In this document: one piece after another, positions 27,064 to 36,821 of the stretch | Position numbering within the stretch: position 1 is the stretch's first letter | Layout: every line of letters begins with the position of its first letter | Assembly: GCA_039586795.1 (NCBI GenBank) | Contig: JBDHJS010000003.1 | Coordinates: forward strand, 1-64,000 | Length of the DNA: 64,000 nucleotides | Source of the DNA: Gemmatimonadota bacterium | GTDB lineage: Bacteria > Gemmatimonadota > Gemmatimonadetes > Palauibacterales > KS3-K002 | Reading direction: 5' to 3' | The notes under the pieces: model-generated | What the model was told of the DNA's origin: nothing | Seen by the model: only the letters and a program-made list of their open reading frames with translations | The model's database searches: none | Position numbers and translations under genes: made by a program

Positions 27064-28830
27064 ATGTTAAAGCGCGCATTCGTATTCGCATTCAGCGCGG
27101 CCCTCTTCCTCGTACCGAAGACGGTCGCCACCGAGCCGGCGCTGCAATCACGGCAGCTCACGATCGAAATGTTCAACGCCACCTACACGATCGATCGTGA
27201 CGGTGTCGTGTTCGTGGAAGAGCGACTTCGGTTTCGGTTCGATGGGTCGTGGAACGGAGTCTACCGGTGGATTCCGTTCAAGTACGAGATGACGGATGGC
27301 GGAAGGCACCAGATTTATCTCGACGTCGAGTCGGTCACCGATGCTGCCGGCAACGAGCTACGTCACGAGGTGAAGCGCGAAGGCGCGATCGTAAAGATCA
27401 AGACCTGGGTGCCTGGGGCGCAGAACGCCACACACACCGTGGTCTACCGCTACAAGGTGGAGAACGCGCTGCGCTTCTTCGATGATGATGATGGGATGGA
27501 GTGGGCCCACGACGAGTTCTATTGGAACGTAAACGGAACCGAGTCGGACCTCGACCACGTGCGGGTCCAGGCCACGGTTATCTTGCCAGAAGAGATCACG
27601 GGGCTGAAGGCCACGGCCTATACCGGTCGCCGTGGGGCACAGGGCAGCGACATCGCGCAGATCACGCGTGGCAATACGGTCAGCTTCGAAACGACTCGCC
27701 GCCTTGGCTATCGGGAAGGGCTGACGATCGTGGTCGGCTGGGACCCAGGCGTGGTGGCGCGACCGAGCACGGTGGCGCGAACTCGCTGGTTCATTCTGGA
27801 CTACCTGCTCGTACCGCTTCCGCTGCTCGCCTTTTTCGGGATGTTCAGACTCTGGCGAAAGAAGGGTCGTGATCCTGAGCTGAACCGGTCCATCATGCCT
27901 GAGTACGAACCGCCGGAGGAGATGACGCCCGCCGAGATTGGCACGTTGATGGACTTCAGTCTCGATCCGCGCGATCTATCGGCGACGATCATCGACCTGG
28001 CGATACGTGGTTACCTGCGCATCGAGGAGATCCCGAACCGCCGGGGTACGCGCCCGAAGGATCATATCATCTATGTGCTGAAGGACCCGGACGCCGTTAC
28101 CGACTTGAAGAGTTTCGAGTTGGAAACACTGAGAGCGCTCCACGATCTGGCGGAGGAAGAAGAGGACGGCACCTCGATCAAGGTCTCGGACCTGAAGCAA
28201 CGCTTCTATACGTACGTGCCTAAGATCAAGCGGCGCGTGCTGGAGCTGTTGACCACGCCGCCGAAGTTGTTCACGGCGCGGCCCGAGCGCGTGGTGGGCG
28301 CCTGGGTGGGGATCGGCTTCCTGATTGGAATCCTCTGCGTGGGGCTCGGCATCCTGATGACAGCGATGGGAATCGGCAACCCGATCGCACGTTGGGTCTC
28401 GGTTGCGGCCGTGCCGGTGATCGTGATCGGGTTCGGTGTAGCGATGCCGGCGCGGACGTTGAAGGGGACGTTGCTGTTGAATCGCGTCCTGGGTCTTCGC
28501 GAGTACATCGACCGGGTAGATCGGGATCGCCTGAAATACGCTACGCTGGAACACTTCGAGAAGCTGCTTCCGTTCGCGGCGGCGATGGGCCTGGAGGAGA
28601 AGTGGACGAAGGCGTTCGAGACGATCATCATCGAGCCGCCGGGTTGGTACGTCAGCCATTATCCCGGCTTTCACGCCCACTACTTTTCGGACTCTTTGGG
28701 TCGAATGGCGAGCTCCACCGGGTCGGCGCTGGTGACGGCGCCACGCTCGTCGAGTAGCGGGTCTGGATTCAGCGGAGGGGGAGGATTCTCGGGCGGCGGC
28801 TTTGGCGGGGGAGGCAGCGGAGGCTTCTAG
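27064..28830 (+). CDS. DUF2207 domain membrane protein
   Basis: EFYWNV.G, IIDLAIRGYL, FEKLLPFA, a Gly/Ser-rich tail ending GGGGSGGF, and adjacency to lemA. Confidence 0.88.
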   Translation: MLKRAFVFAFSAALFLVPKTVATEPALQSRQLTIEMFNATYTIDRDGVVFVEERLRFRFDGSWNGVYRWIPFKYEMTDGGRHQIYLDVESVTDAAGNELRHEVKREGAIVKIKTWVPGAQNATHTVVYRYKVENALRFFDDDDGMEWAHDEFYWNVNGTESDLDHVRVQATVILPEEITGLKATAYTGRRGAQGSDIAQITRGNTVSFETTRRLGYREGLTIVVGWDPGVVARPSTVARTRWFILDYLLVPLPLLAFFGMFRLWRKKGRDPELNRSIMPEYEPPEEMTPAEIGTLMDFSLDPRDLSATIIDLAIRGYLRIEEIPNRRGTRPKDHIIYVLKDPDAVTDLKSFELETLRALHDLAEEEEDGTSIKVSDLKQRFYTYVPKIKRRVLELLTTPPKLFTARPERVVGAWVGIGFLIGILCVGLGILMTAMGIGNPIARWVSVAAVPVIVIGFGVAMPARTLKGTLLLNRVLGLREYIDRVDRDRLKYATLEHFEKLLPFAAAMGLEEKWTKAFETIIIEPPGWYVSHYPGFHAHYFSDSLGRMASSTGSALVTAPRSSSSGSGFSGGGGFSGGGFGGGGSGGF

Positions 28831-30236
28831 CCGTCTTTCTCTTCGCCCGGCTCAATTCCCAGCTCTTTCATCTTGTTGAAGAGCGTCTTGCGGCTGACAC
28901 CGAGCAGTTCCGCCGCGCGGGTGCGGCTGCCCTCCGCCTCTCGGAGAGCGCCGACGATCATTCTCTCTTCCACGGCGGCACGAGCTCGATCAGCAGCCTC
29001 CGCCAGTGTCAGTCGGCCGTCAGCAGCGGCGTCCGTCGACTGAGTCTGAGAGGGGTCGGCGGAACGCAGGCGAGCGGGCAGGTCAGCGCCGGTGATGGCC
29101 GTGCCAGTAGCCAGGGTCAGGGCGCTTTGGACCGCGTTCTCCAGCTCACGGACGTTTCCCGGCCAGTGGTAGCCGACGAGGAGAGACAGGGCTGTCTGGG
29201 CGATCGGCCTGGCTTCGATTCCGAGCTTCTCAGCGTGCTTGGCGACGAAGTGATCGACCAGCGGCGGAATGTCCTCCGGGCGCTCGCGTAGCGCGGGCAG
29301 ATGTATCGAGACGACGTTCAGGCGCCAGTAGAGATCCTCACGGAACCCCCCGCCATCGATCTCTTTCTGGAGATCGCGATTGGTGGCGGCGATGATGCGT
29401 ACATTCACCTTTATCGTGCGTTCGCTGCCGACACGCCGGATCTCGCCCTCCTCTAGCGCGCGCAGGAGACCGGCCTGCGCTGCTTGAGACAGCTCTCCGA
29501 TCTCGTCAAGAAATAGCGTTCCGCGATCCGCCTGTTCGAAGGCACCGCGCCGGCTCGTCTTCGCGTCGGTGAACGCGCCGCGCTCATGACCGAAGAAGCT
29601 CGACTCCATCAGCGTTTGCGGAACGGCGCCGCAATTGACGGCGATGAACGGCCCGTCCTTTCGATTCGAGTAGCGGTGTATGGCACGAGCGACCAACTCC
29701 TTGCCGGTGCCCGTTTCTCCGACAACCAGCACCGTGGTATCGACCGGCGCGACGCGATCGATCATGCGGAAGACCGCGTCCATGGAGCCCGACTGGCCCA
29801 CCATGTTCTCGGGCCGGAAGCGATCGTCGAGCTGAGTTTCCAGCGCCTCGACCCGCTGCTCGAGGCGTCGCATCTGCACGGCGCGCTCCACGGTGAGCTT
29901 CAGCTCATCGTTGTCGAATGGTTTTGTGACGTAGTCGAGGGCCCCTTTGCGTATCGCATCGACGGCGGACTGGATAGTTCCGTGCGCGGTCATGATGATG
30001 AAGGCTGGCGCCGCCGCCCCAAGCTGGTCCTGCAGTCGAGTCATCGTTTCGACGCCATCGATACCAGCGAGTCGAAGGTCGAGGAGCGCCACGTCGGGCG
30101 CGAACTCTGAGGCCCGGCTTAGCGCATTCTCGCCGCTCTCGAGAGCGAGAATGTCGTAGCCGTCGTCCTCGAGAACGGTGGTCACTATGCCGCGCAGCGT
30201 GCGTTCATCATCGACGACAAGAACACGAGCCTTCAT
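28827..30236 (-). CDS. Sigma54-dependent response regulator (NtrC/AtoC family)
   Basis: REC (VVDDE, LLD, KPF), AAA+ GETGTGKE, GAFTDA, LFLDEIG and a C-terminal Fis-type HTH. Confidence 0.95.
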   Translation of the reverse strand: MKARVLVVDDERTLRGIVTTVLEDDGYDILALESGENALSRASEFAPDVALLDLRLAGIDGVETMTRLQDQLGAAAPAFIIMTAHGTIQSAVDAIRKGALDYVTKPFDNDELKLTVERAVQMRRLEQRVEALETQLDDRFRPENMVGQSGSMDAVFRMIDRVAPVDTTVLVVGETGTGKELVARAIHRYSNRKDGPFIAVNCGAVPQTLMESSFFGHERGAFTDAKTSRRGAFEQADRGTLFLDEIGELSQAAQAGLLRALEEGEIRRVGSERTIKVNVRIIAATNRDLQKEIDGGGFREDLYWRLNVVSIHLPALRERPEDIPPLVDHFVAKHAEKLGIEARPIAQTALSLLVGYHWPGNVRELENAVQSALTLATGTAITGADLPARLRSADPSQTQSTDAAADGRLTLAEAADRARAAVEERMIVGALREAEGSRTRAAELLGVSRKTLFNKMKELGIEPGEEKDG

Positions 30237-31513
30237 GAGCCGTGACCTTCGGGTAGCCTGATCATGACTACGGTACCGTGCCCCACATCGCTTTCGACCT
30301 CGATCTCGCCGCCGTGGCGCTGCACGATCCCGTAACAGACCGAAAGACCCAGTCCCGTACCCCCTTTCTTCGTGGTGAAGAAGGGATCGAAGAGTTTCTC
30401 CCTATCCTCCATCGCGATACCCGCCCCCGTATCGCTCACCCTGATCTCGACGGTGCGGCCAGTCGATATCGTGGCAATATCCAGCGCGCCGCCGTCCGGC
30501 ATCGCCTGTAACGCATTCATCACGACATTGAGGAGTACCTGCGTGATGAGGTTGGGATCGGCCCGAACCACAATGTCAGGAACGTCGACGCTGGCTACAA
30601 CGTTCTGCTCGCCCGCCTGGACTTCCACCAGTGTCACAACATGACGCGCCAATTCTGCCAGGTTCACTCTCCCGAATTGAGGCTCTGCCGGCCGCGCAAA
30701 GGAAAGCAATCCTTCGACTATGTCGTTGATCCGATCGACCTCGGCCAAGATATCGTCGACCAGGTCGGTCTGTTTGTCGCCTTCAGAGAAACTCCCGCGC
30801 AGATGTTGGATGGCCGACCGGATGGAGGCCAGCGGATTCCGAATCTCGTGCGCGGCGCCGGCCGCCAATTCGCCAGCGGTGGCCAGCCGTTCGGCTCTGT
30901 ATAGCCGCTTGAGGCGAGCGCGTTGCTCTCTCAGCAGCGCCGCGTTTTCAAAAGCGAGAGCGGTCTGGCCGGCGAACACGGTAAGCAGTTCGCGCTGCTC
31001 GCCGCTCAAAGTGAACGCGTTCGAACCGGCCGTGGAACCGAGGGCAAGGAAGCCTTTGAGTTGATTCAAAGCGACGAGCGGAAAACACGCGTGGATATCG
31101 AGTCGCGCCAGAATCTCTCGCTCGGCATCACCGAGGAAGTCTACGACGCCTGGCTGGTCGCTAAGCACGAGCGGCTCCTCATTCACCTTCAGCCAGCGAG
31201 CCAACCGACCGTTCGGCAAGAACGCAAGGGACGAATCCAGTTCCTCGCCCAAGCCTCGCGCCGAGGACAACACGAAGGGACCACCGTCCGCCTCCCTAAG
31301 AAACACGGCGACGCGCTCCACGCCGAAGAACTCGCGCAGCTTTGCGGGAATGGTCTCGCGAAGCTGCTCTTCATCGACGATCAGCGTGAGAGAACGGCTG
31401 AACTCGTGAACCGCCTGACGGTATTCTGGGGACCGGCTGATCCGCTTTCCGGGAACCTTCATAGACAGGATGTATTCAGACGCGAGTCCCACGTCAAATC
31501 CGATTGCCGTCAT
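30233..31513 (-). CDS. GAF-domain sensor histidine kinase without TM segments
   Basis: GAF-like N-terminal half, H-box AHEIRNPL, N box NALQA, and G boxes DTGAG/FFTTK/GTGLGL. Start uncertain. Confidence 0.9.
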   Translation of the reverse strand: MTAIGFDVGLASEYILSMKVPGKRISRSPEYRQAVHEFSRSLTLIVDEEQLRETIPAKLREFFGVERVAVFLREADGGPFVLSSARGLGEELDSSLAFLPNGRLARWLKVNEEPLVLSDQPGVVDFLGDAEREILARLDIHACFPLVALNQLKGFLALGSTAGSNAFTLSGEQRELLTVFAGQTALAFENAALLREQRARLKRLYRAERLATAGELAAGAAHEIRNPLASIRSAIQHLRGSFSEGDKQTDLVDDILAEVDRINDIVEGLLSFARPAEPQFGRVNLAELARHVVTLVEVQAGEQNVVASVDVPDIVVRADPNLITQVLLNVVMNALQAMPDGGALDIATISTGRTVEIRVSDTGAGIAMEDREKLFDPFFTTKKGGTGLGLSVCYGIVQRHGGEIEVESDVGHGTVVMIRLPEGHGS

Positions 31514-31562
31514 GCTGCGACGGACTCGGTTTTGACGTGGGACGACGCTGAGTATGGCAGGA

Positions 31563-33074
31563 TCACCTGCGTGACAACCGCAGACCGAAGATCACGATTC
31601 CGACGATCAAGCCGGCAAGCGCGACCAGCAGCGCTCCGGTCCCCAACCAGTTGGCCGATGCGGCGACGTGCACGCGGATAGTCTTGTCCTCTGTCTCTAC
31701 GGCGCGCCCGGCGGCGGCGGATTCCGTTCTCAGACGCGCTTCATAGTCGCCCACCATGACATCTACCGGCGGTGTGAGAAGAAGCGAGACTCGTTGCTCG
31801 GCATCAACCGCCAGATAGGATATGAACTCGGGCTCGATGGTGGCGTCCCAACCCAGGGGAAGGTCGATCCGAAAGCGGAGATTATCGAGGGTCCGCGTGC
31901 CGCTGTTGCGGACCGTCACATCCATCTCGACCGCGCCGCCCGGCCGGATCTCGTGGTAGAGGTTCATGGCCCGGAGTTCAGCGCGCCCCACGCCGCGAGG
32001 AACGAGCTCCAGCCGCGATTTTCCGGTGGGGAGCGCCTCGATCGCCGCCGAATCCGCGCTCTCGATGACGTCGCGAGATTCGGCGAGCGCTTCATCGTCC
32101 AGCGCCAGCACCCAGAAGTTGATGGGCTCGTCGATATTGAACGAGTCCGCCGAACGCTGCGGTAGAAAAGCAGACAGCTGAAGGTCCTTCTGGCTTTCCC
32201 CCTCCGGAAAACGAATCTGCGTCAGCCGCGCGTTGGTCAGGGGATCCGTGAACTCATAGCGAATGTCACGTGGCAGACCGACAGCCAGCAGGCGAAAGGC
32301 ATTGGCGTCGCCGGTGAAGCGCTCCAGCCGCAAGTCGTATACGGCCTGGCCACCCAGGTCAGCCTCCTGCGAGAACTGAACCGACTGCACCGAGACGATG
32401 TTGGCCGAAGCATCCTTCTCGAGGAAGATTTTTTTCTCCTCGATCTTGTCGGCGTAGTTGACCGAAACGACGACTTCCTCGACGTCCCGCAGCAACCGGA
32501 AGCTGACGACCGCCGGTTCGCCCACGCGCATGACCGGTATGTGGTGTTCGTAGGGTCTGGAGATGATAGCTCCGTCTATGCCGGGATCCGCCTTGAGACT
32601 GACATATACGTTGCTGATCTCGTCGGGCTTTAGGCTCTCGAGCAGCTCTTGCTCGATGAGCTCAGACAGCTGCGCCGATTCGACACCACCACCCGTAGTA
32701 TTTCGAAGTGTGAGTCGTACGTAACTCTTACCATCCGCTGCGCGGCTCTTCACCGCCCGTTCGATCGTCACGTGTGGCGAAGCGAAGATCACAGCCAGCG
32801 ATTGCTGCAGGTAGTTCACCCGCGCTCGTTCGAACGCCTGTCTCATCTCGGAGAGCTCTTGTTCCGAGATGAGACCGTTCTCGAACAACTGCACCGCACG
32901 GTCGTGATCCCCGGCGGCTCTCTCGTACTCCGCCTGAGCGCGAACCAGACCGAGAATGCGATACTGATCATCGCGGGGGTTATAGGCGCTCTGAATGACT
33001 TGAGCATCGAGCGCACGCGGCGCGGCCAATACCAGGCCCGCCAACAGTCCGATTAACAGCGGCAGCCTTTTCAT
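31563..33074 (-). CDS. Exported NEW3 (NPCBM-associated)-type Ig domain protein with C-terminal TM anchor
   Basis: Signal peptide, N-terminal coiled coil, V.VRNSG...L....LPLGW...P....GDY pattern, and C-terminal TM followed by RLSRR. Confidence 0.7.
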   Translation of the reverse strand: MKRLPLLIGLLAGLVLAAPRALDAQVIQSAYNPRDDQYRILGLVRAQAEYERAAGDHDRAVQLFENGLISEQELSEMRQAFERARVNYLQQSLAVIFASPHVTIERAVKSRAADGKSYVRLTLRNTTGGGVESAQLSELIEQELLESLKPDEISNVYVSLKADPGIDGAIISRPYEHHIPVMRVGEPAVVSFRLLRDVEEVVVSVNYADKIEEKKIFLEKDASANIVSVQSVQFSQEADLGGQAVYDLRLERFTGDANAFRLLAVGLPRDIRYEFTDPLTNARLTQIRFPEGESQKDLQLSAFLPQRSADSFNIDEPINFWVLALDDEALAESRDVIESADSAAIEALPTGKSRLELVPRGVGRAELRAMNLYHEIRPGGAVEMDVTVRNSGTRTLDNLRFRIDLPLGWDATIEPEFISYLAVDAEQRVSLLLTPPVDVMVGDYEARLRTESAAAGRAVETEDKTIRVHVAASANWLGTGALLVALAGLIVGIVIFGLRLSRR

Positions 33075-34525
33075 CGCACATCGTACCTGTTAAAGCCGAC
33101 AATACCAATTACCAGGAAGACGACCCCAAAGCCGAACAGCAGGCCGAGTCGCGGAAGGACGGCAACGACGCGTGGCCCCAATGGCTCCGGTTGGTAGACG
33201 AAATCCGGCGCACCGGAGAGATCCACGTGTGCGTTCGCCCAGTTCGCTGTTGGGTCAACGGTTCGAAGCGAATCGTACAACGCGTCGATCCATGGCCGGA
33301 GCACGTTCTGGCCGAACACTTCGCTCTGCTCTTCGAGCCGTTGGTCGGCACGCAAGCCGGTCTCGGTCAGCTGGAGAGCCGCATATACGAACGTGGGATA
33401 CGGCGACACCGATGAGACGGTTTCGGTGGTTCGCCGTTGCGCGTCCTGTCTGACCTGGAAGTCTGCTTGAAGCGCCTCGATGGCTTCACGCTGAATCCGG
33501 TTCCCGTCCTCGATCGCCTGTCTGCTGAGCTGGCTCAGGGTATCCAGAACAGCGTTCAACCTGGCGTCCGCTTCTCGGGCTGCCTGCCGTTCCTCACTGC
33601 CCAGAGCGAAGTAGCCCTGCAGTTCCGGATGGCGAGCCCGGACCGGAGCCTGATACTCGTTGGCCAGCTGACTCACGAGTTGATCGCGTTCCGTGTCGCC
33701 CATCACCCGAACTCGTCTCTGTAGCTCGGTCACGCTGGGCGTCGGTCTAACGGTCGCCGCGACATACGGGCTCACGTTAGGGACGATCAGTATGAGGGCC
33801 GCCCAAGCGCCAAGCGACACGACCAGCGATGTCCGAGCGGTGCGGGTCAAAGTGGAAATCATCACGCCGAGGCAGACGAAGGCGAGCACATAGAGCGCCG
33901 CCGCTAGTCCGAGGATGAACGCGGCGCCCCACTCGACAGCCGACCAGCCGAGGTTGGGTGAAGCGGCGATCAGGACGGCGCCGGCAAGCAATCCAGCGAC
34001 GAGGGGAACGATGAGCGCGACGAAGCGGCCTGCAACCTTGCCAAGGACCAGTCCGGCGCGTGGGAGGTCGTAGGCCATCAACAGTTTGAGCGTGCCGTCT
34101 TCTCTTTCCCCACTCAGCGCATCATGAGCGAACAGCAGGGCGAGCAAGCTGAAGAGCACACCCACTATGACGGTGAAGTCAGGTAACGGGTACGCCACCG
34201 CGAGGGGGTCGTTGTCGAACGATTCCAGATTCGCGTTCTGCTCCAGTCCCCTCACCACGGCCGTCATCGGGTTGGGGCGCTGTGGCAACGACCAGGCGCC
34301 GAAGCGATTCAGGTGCCCGTACTGTCTCAGCGACTGATCTCGCTCAGCAGTGGCTACGCCGTAGTCCTCGAGCTCTCGCGCGTAGCTACGAGCCAGGACA
34401 CCAATCGTCGCGGAGACGAGCCCAAAAACGATGATGGCAGCGACCAGGAAGCGACCGGTTACGAACAGTTCGCGGCACTCCTTCACCGCCACCAATCTCC
34501 AGGAAAACGCGTTCTGATTTCTCAT
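33071..34525 (-). CDS. ABC-2 type transporter permease
   Basis: DALSGEREDGTLKLL motif, multiple TMs, a large extracytoplasmic loop and a RYDVR end. Confidence 0.85.
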   Translation of the reverse strand: MRNQNAFSWRLVAVKECRELFVTGRFLVAAIIVFGLVSATIGVLARSYARELEDYGVATAERDQSLRQYGHLNRFGAWSLPQRPNPMTAVVRGLEQNANLESFDNDPLAVAYPLPDFTVIVGVLFSLLALLFAHDALSGEREDGTLKLLMAYDLPRAGLVLGKVAGRFVALIVPLVAGLLAGAVLIAASPNLGWSAVEWGAAFILGLAAALYVLAFVCLGVMISTLTRTARTSLVVSLGAWAALILIVPNVSPYVAATVRPTPSVTELQRRVRVMGDTERDQLVSQLANEYQAPVRARHPELQGYFALGSEERQAAREADARLNAVLDTLSQLSRQAIEDGNRIQREAIEALQADFQVRQDAQRRTTETVSSVSPYPTFVYAALQLTETGLRADQRLEEQSEVFGQNVLRPWIDALYDSLRTVDPTANWANAHVDLSGAPDFVYQPEPLGPRVVAVLPRLGLLFGFGVVFLVIGIVGFNRYDVR

Positions 34526-35784
34526 CGAATGTCATACCGGCTTATAGCCACAAAGAGGGTGGTAATCGCGATCGCGCCGGCGAGCACTATGGCTCCGATG
34601 TCGGCGCCGGCCGCCGCCAGAGTGTCGGCTAGGGACATGCGACGCGGGGTGAACGCCGGATACGTTGGCTCAATATCACGCATTCTATAGCTGAACAGAT
34701 CGGGGAGAATCGCGTTCTTGTATCGCCGCACCTCTAGTTTCAGTTGCGCTTCGTGTGCGACGGAGGTGCCTAATACGCCAGTCGAAACGACGTCGAAGGC
34801 GCCGGCCGGGGACAGCCGCACGAGAGCGGCCGAGGTCCGCGCCAATGCGCCCAGCTCGCCCGCCACGCGCTCGCTCACCATGTCGCCCTGCCGGTGCATC
34901 TCGCCCCAAGCCGCTTCGAACGGCGAGCTGCTAGGGTCCGCGTTGCTCGCCTCGAAAGCCTTCATCATCTCGCTGCCGAAGATTCGCCAGCGCTCCGCCG
35001 ATACCAGGCCGAGAGGTTGTACGTGCGCCAACTGTCGAGCGACGAGCACGCTCGAGCTTGGAATGACGAAAACGAGGAGCACCCAGGCGAAAAGCGTGGC
35101 GACCAGAGCCGTGGATGCGCGATGGAACAGAGCGGAAAGAGCAACGGCGATGGTGTAGCACACAGCGAGGTAGATGGAACCCAGCCCCAAGAAGACGGCC
35201 AGGCGAGCCCAGTCATCACCTGAGAGGGCAAGTCCGAACAATGGGCGCAACAGAATGAGCCATAGCGCGGCGGCGATCGCGACGGGGACGAAGAAGGCCA
35301 GCCAACCACCGAGCCACTTGCCGGCCGCGATTTCACCGCGTGATGCTCCGTTCGCGACCATCAACTTCAATGTACCGCGTTCTTTCTCCGAGCAGATGAG
35401 GTCGAACCCGAATAGGAAGGCGATTAGCGCGAACACTACGCGGAACAGATACAGCCAGTCGGGCGTCGGGAATAGCCCAAACAGTGGATTGGCGGAGGCC
35501 TGGCTGCCGCCGATTTCTACATTGATCACGCTGATCTCGAAGCTACGGCCCATGGCATCGTCCAGGCCGCGCGCGAAGACAGAGAGCGGGTTGGGCGGCG
35601 CCACGGCCACCGATTGGTCCTGACTTGGTCGTATCAAATCGTAGTTCTCGCGACGCGTGTCGTAGTCACGATCCATCACATAGAGACCGGTGCCCAGCAA
35701 CAGAACGGCGATGACGAAGAGCAACGCCGACCGCCCGGTTGTGAGCGACTCGAGAACTTCGCGTCGCGCGATTGCCCAGATCAT
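34522..35784 (-). CDS. ABC-2 type transporter permease
   Basis: IARRE, DLICSEKERGTLKL and a RYDIR end. Confidence 0.85.
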   Translation of the reverse strand: MIWAIARREVLESLTTGRSALLFVIAVLLLGTGLYVMDRDYDTRRENYDLIRPSQDQSVAVAPPNPLSVFARGLDDAMGRSFEISVINVEIGGSQASANPLFGLFPTPDWLYLFRVVFALIAFLFGFDLICSEKERGTLKLMVANGASRGEIAAGKWLGGWLAFFVPVAIAAALWLILLRPLFGLALSGDDWARLAVFLGLGSIYLAVCYTIAVALSALFHRASTALVATLFAWVLLVFVIPSSSVLVARQLAHVQPLGLVSAERWRIFGSEMMKAFEASNADPSSSPFEAAWGEMHRQGDMVSERVAGELGALARTSAALVRLSPAGAFDVVSTGVLGTSVAHEAQLKLEVRRYKNAILPDLFSYRMRDIEPTYPAFTPRRMSLADTLAAAGADIGAIVLAGAIAITTLFVAISRYDIR

Positions 35785-36500
35785 GCTACCGCCTCCACTT
35801 CCATGTAGTCGAGGTAGAGCCGCTCGAGATCCTCTTCGGCAAGCTCTTCCCGGGTGCGCAGCATGACCAACCGCCCCTCCTTCATGATGCCAACGCGATC
35901 TGCATGTTCTTTTGCGCGGAAGAGGTCATGCGTGCTCATGAAGATCGCCTTGCCGTCGTCCCTCAACTCACCCAGCAATGCCATGAGCTCTGCGGCGGCT
36001 TTGGGATCGAGTCCGGAAGTCGGCTCGTCCAGGAGCACAGCCGGCGAATCTTTCACGATCGCGATCGCTATCCCCAGTTTCTGCCGCATGCCTTTGGAGA
36101 ACTGTTTGACGCGCTGTTCGAACGCCTTCTCCTGAAGCCCGACGCGCCGCAAGACCATGTAATAGTCATCGCGCGAAAGGTCTTGCCGGCCGCTCAAACG
36201 AGCGAAGAAGTCGAGGTTCTGCCTTGCGGTGAAATTGCCGTACAGCATGACGTTTTCCGACACGTAGGCGACGTGCTTCTTCGCAGCCAGCGGATCGCAG
36301 GCCACCTCGAAACCATTGATGTGCGCCGCTCCGTCGGTCGGGGGAATGAAGTCCAGGAACAGATTGATCGTCGTCGTCTTTCCAGCTCCGTTCGCGCCGA
36401 GCAAACAGAACGTCTCACCGGCCTCGACCTTAAGGTTCAGGTGATCGAGAGCGAGGAGGCCGTCCTCGTAGCGCTTGGTCAGATCGATCGCTTCTAGCAT
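35781..36500 (-). CDS. ABC transporter ATP-binding protein
   Basis: Walker A GANGAGKT, signature FSKGMRQK, Walker B LLDEP and H-loop STH. Confidence 0.95.
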   Translation of the reverse strand: MLEAIDLTKRYEDGLLALDHLNLKVEAGETFCLLGANGAGKTTTINLFLDFIPPTDGAAHINGFEVACDPLAAKKHVAYVSENVMLYGNFTARQNLDFFARLSGRQDLSRDDYYMVLRRVGLQEKAFEQRVKQFSKGMRQKLGIAIAIVKDSPAVLLDEPTSGLDPKAAAELMALLGELRDDGKAIFMSTHDLFRAKEHADRVGIMKEGRLVMLRTREELAEEDLERLYLDYMEVEAVA

Positions 36501-36557
36501 AGGGTCCCTCGGTTGCCGTCAGATTTGTCCGGGTTCAGCGTTCGTGCTGATTCAGTA

Positions 36558-36574
36558 AGCGAGGTGCGTGCCAA
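36558..36574 (-). promoter_or_regulatory. Putative sigma54 promoter of the ABC/NEW3/two-component operon
   Basis: Minus strand TTGGCACG-CACC-TCGCT (GG-N10-GC), about 60 nt upstream of the ATG at 36500. Confidence 0.65.
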
Positions 36575-36656
36575 GATGGCGGCGGCCGGCCCTCGTCGTA
36601 ATGCTTTATTGTATATAGACTTACGGTGACCACCCGCGGCGCCGACATCGGCAACT

Positions 36657-36672
36657 GGGTAACAGGTTACCC
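36657..36672. promoter_or_regulatory. Palindrome, candidate enhancer (UAS) for a sigma54 activator
   Basis: Perfect GGGTAAC-AG-GTTACCC about 85-100 bp upstream of the -24 box, with an AT-rich tract (36599-36624) between them. Confidence 0.5.
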
Positions 36673-36821
36673 GTCAGGGCGCCGTCGACGGGTCATCCGA
36701 TACTCAGAGGTCGGGGCGTAGTGAGCTCGACAGTTGGGTGGTAGGGGAGGGTTGAACAAACTAGATTCGGTGTGCCACTTCACTCGGAAGTAAGACGAAC
36801 AGACCTGTCTCTAGTGAGAGA

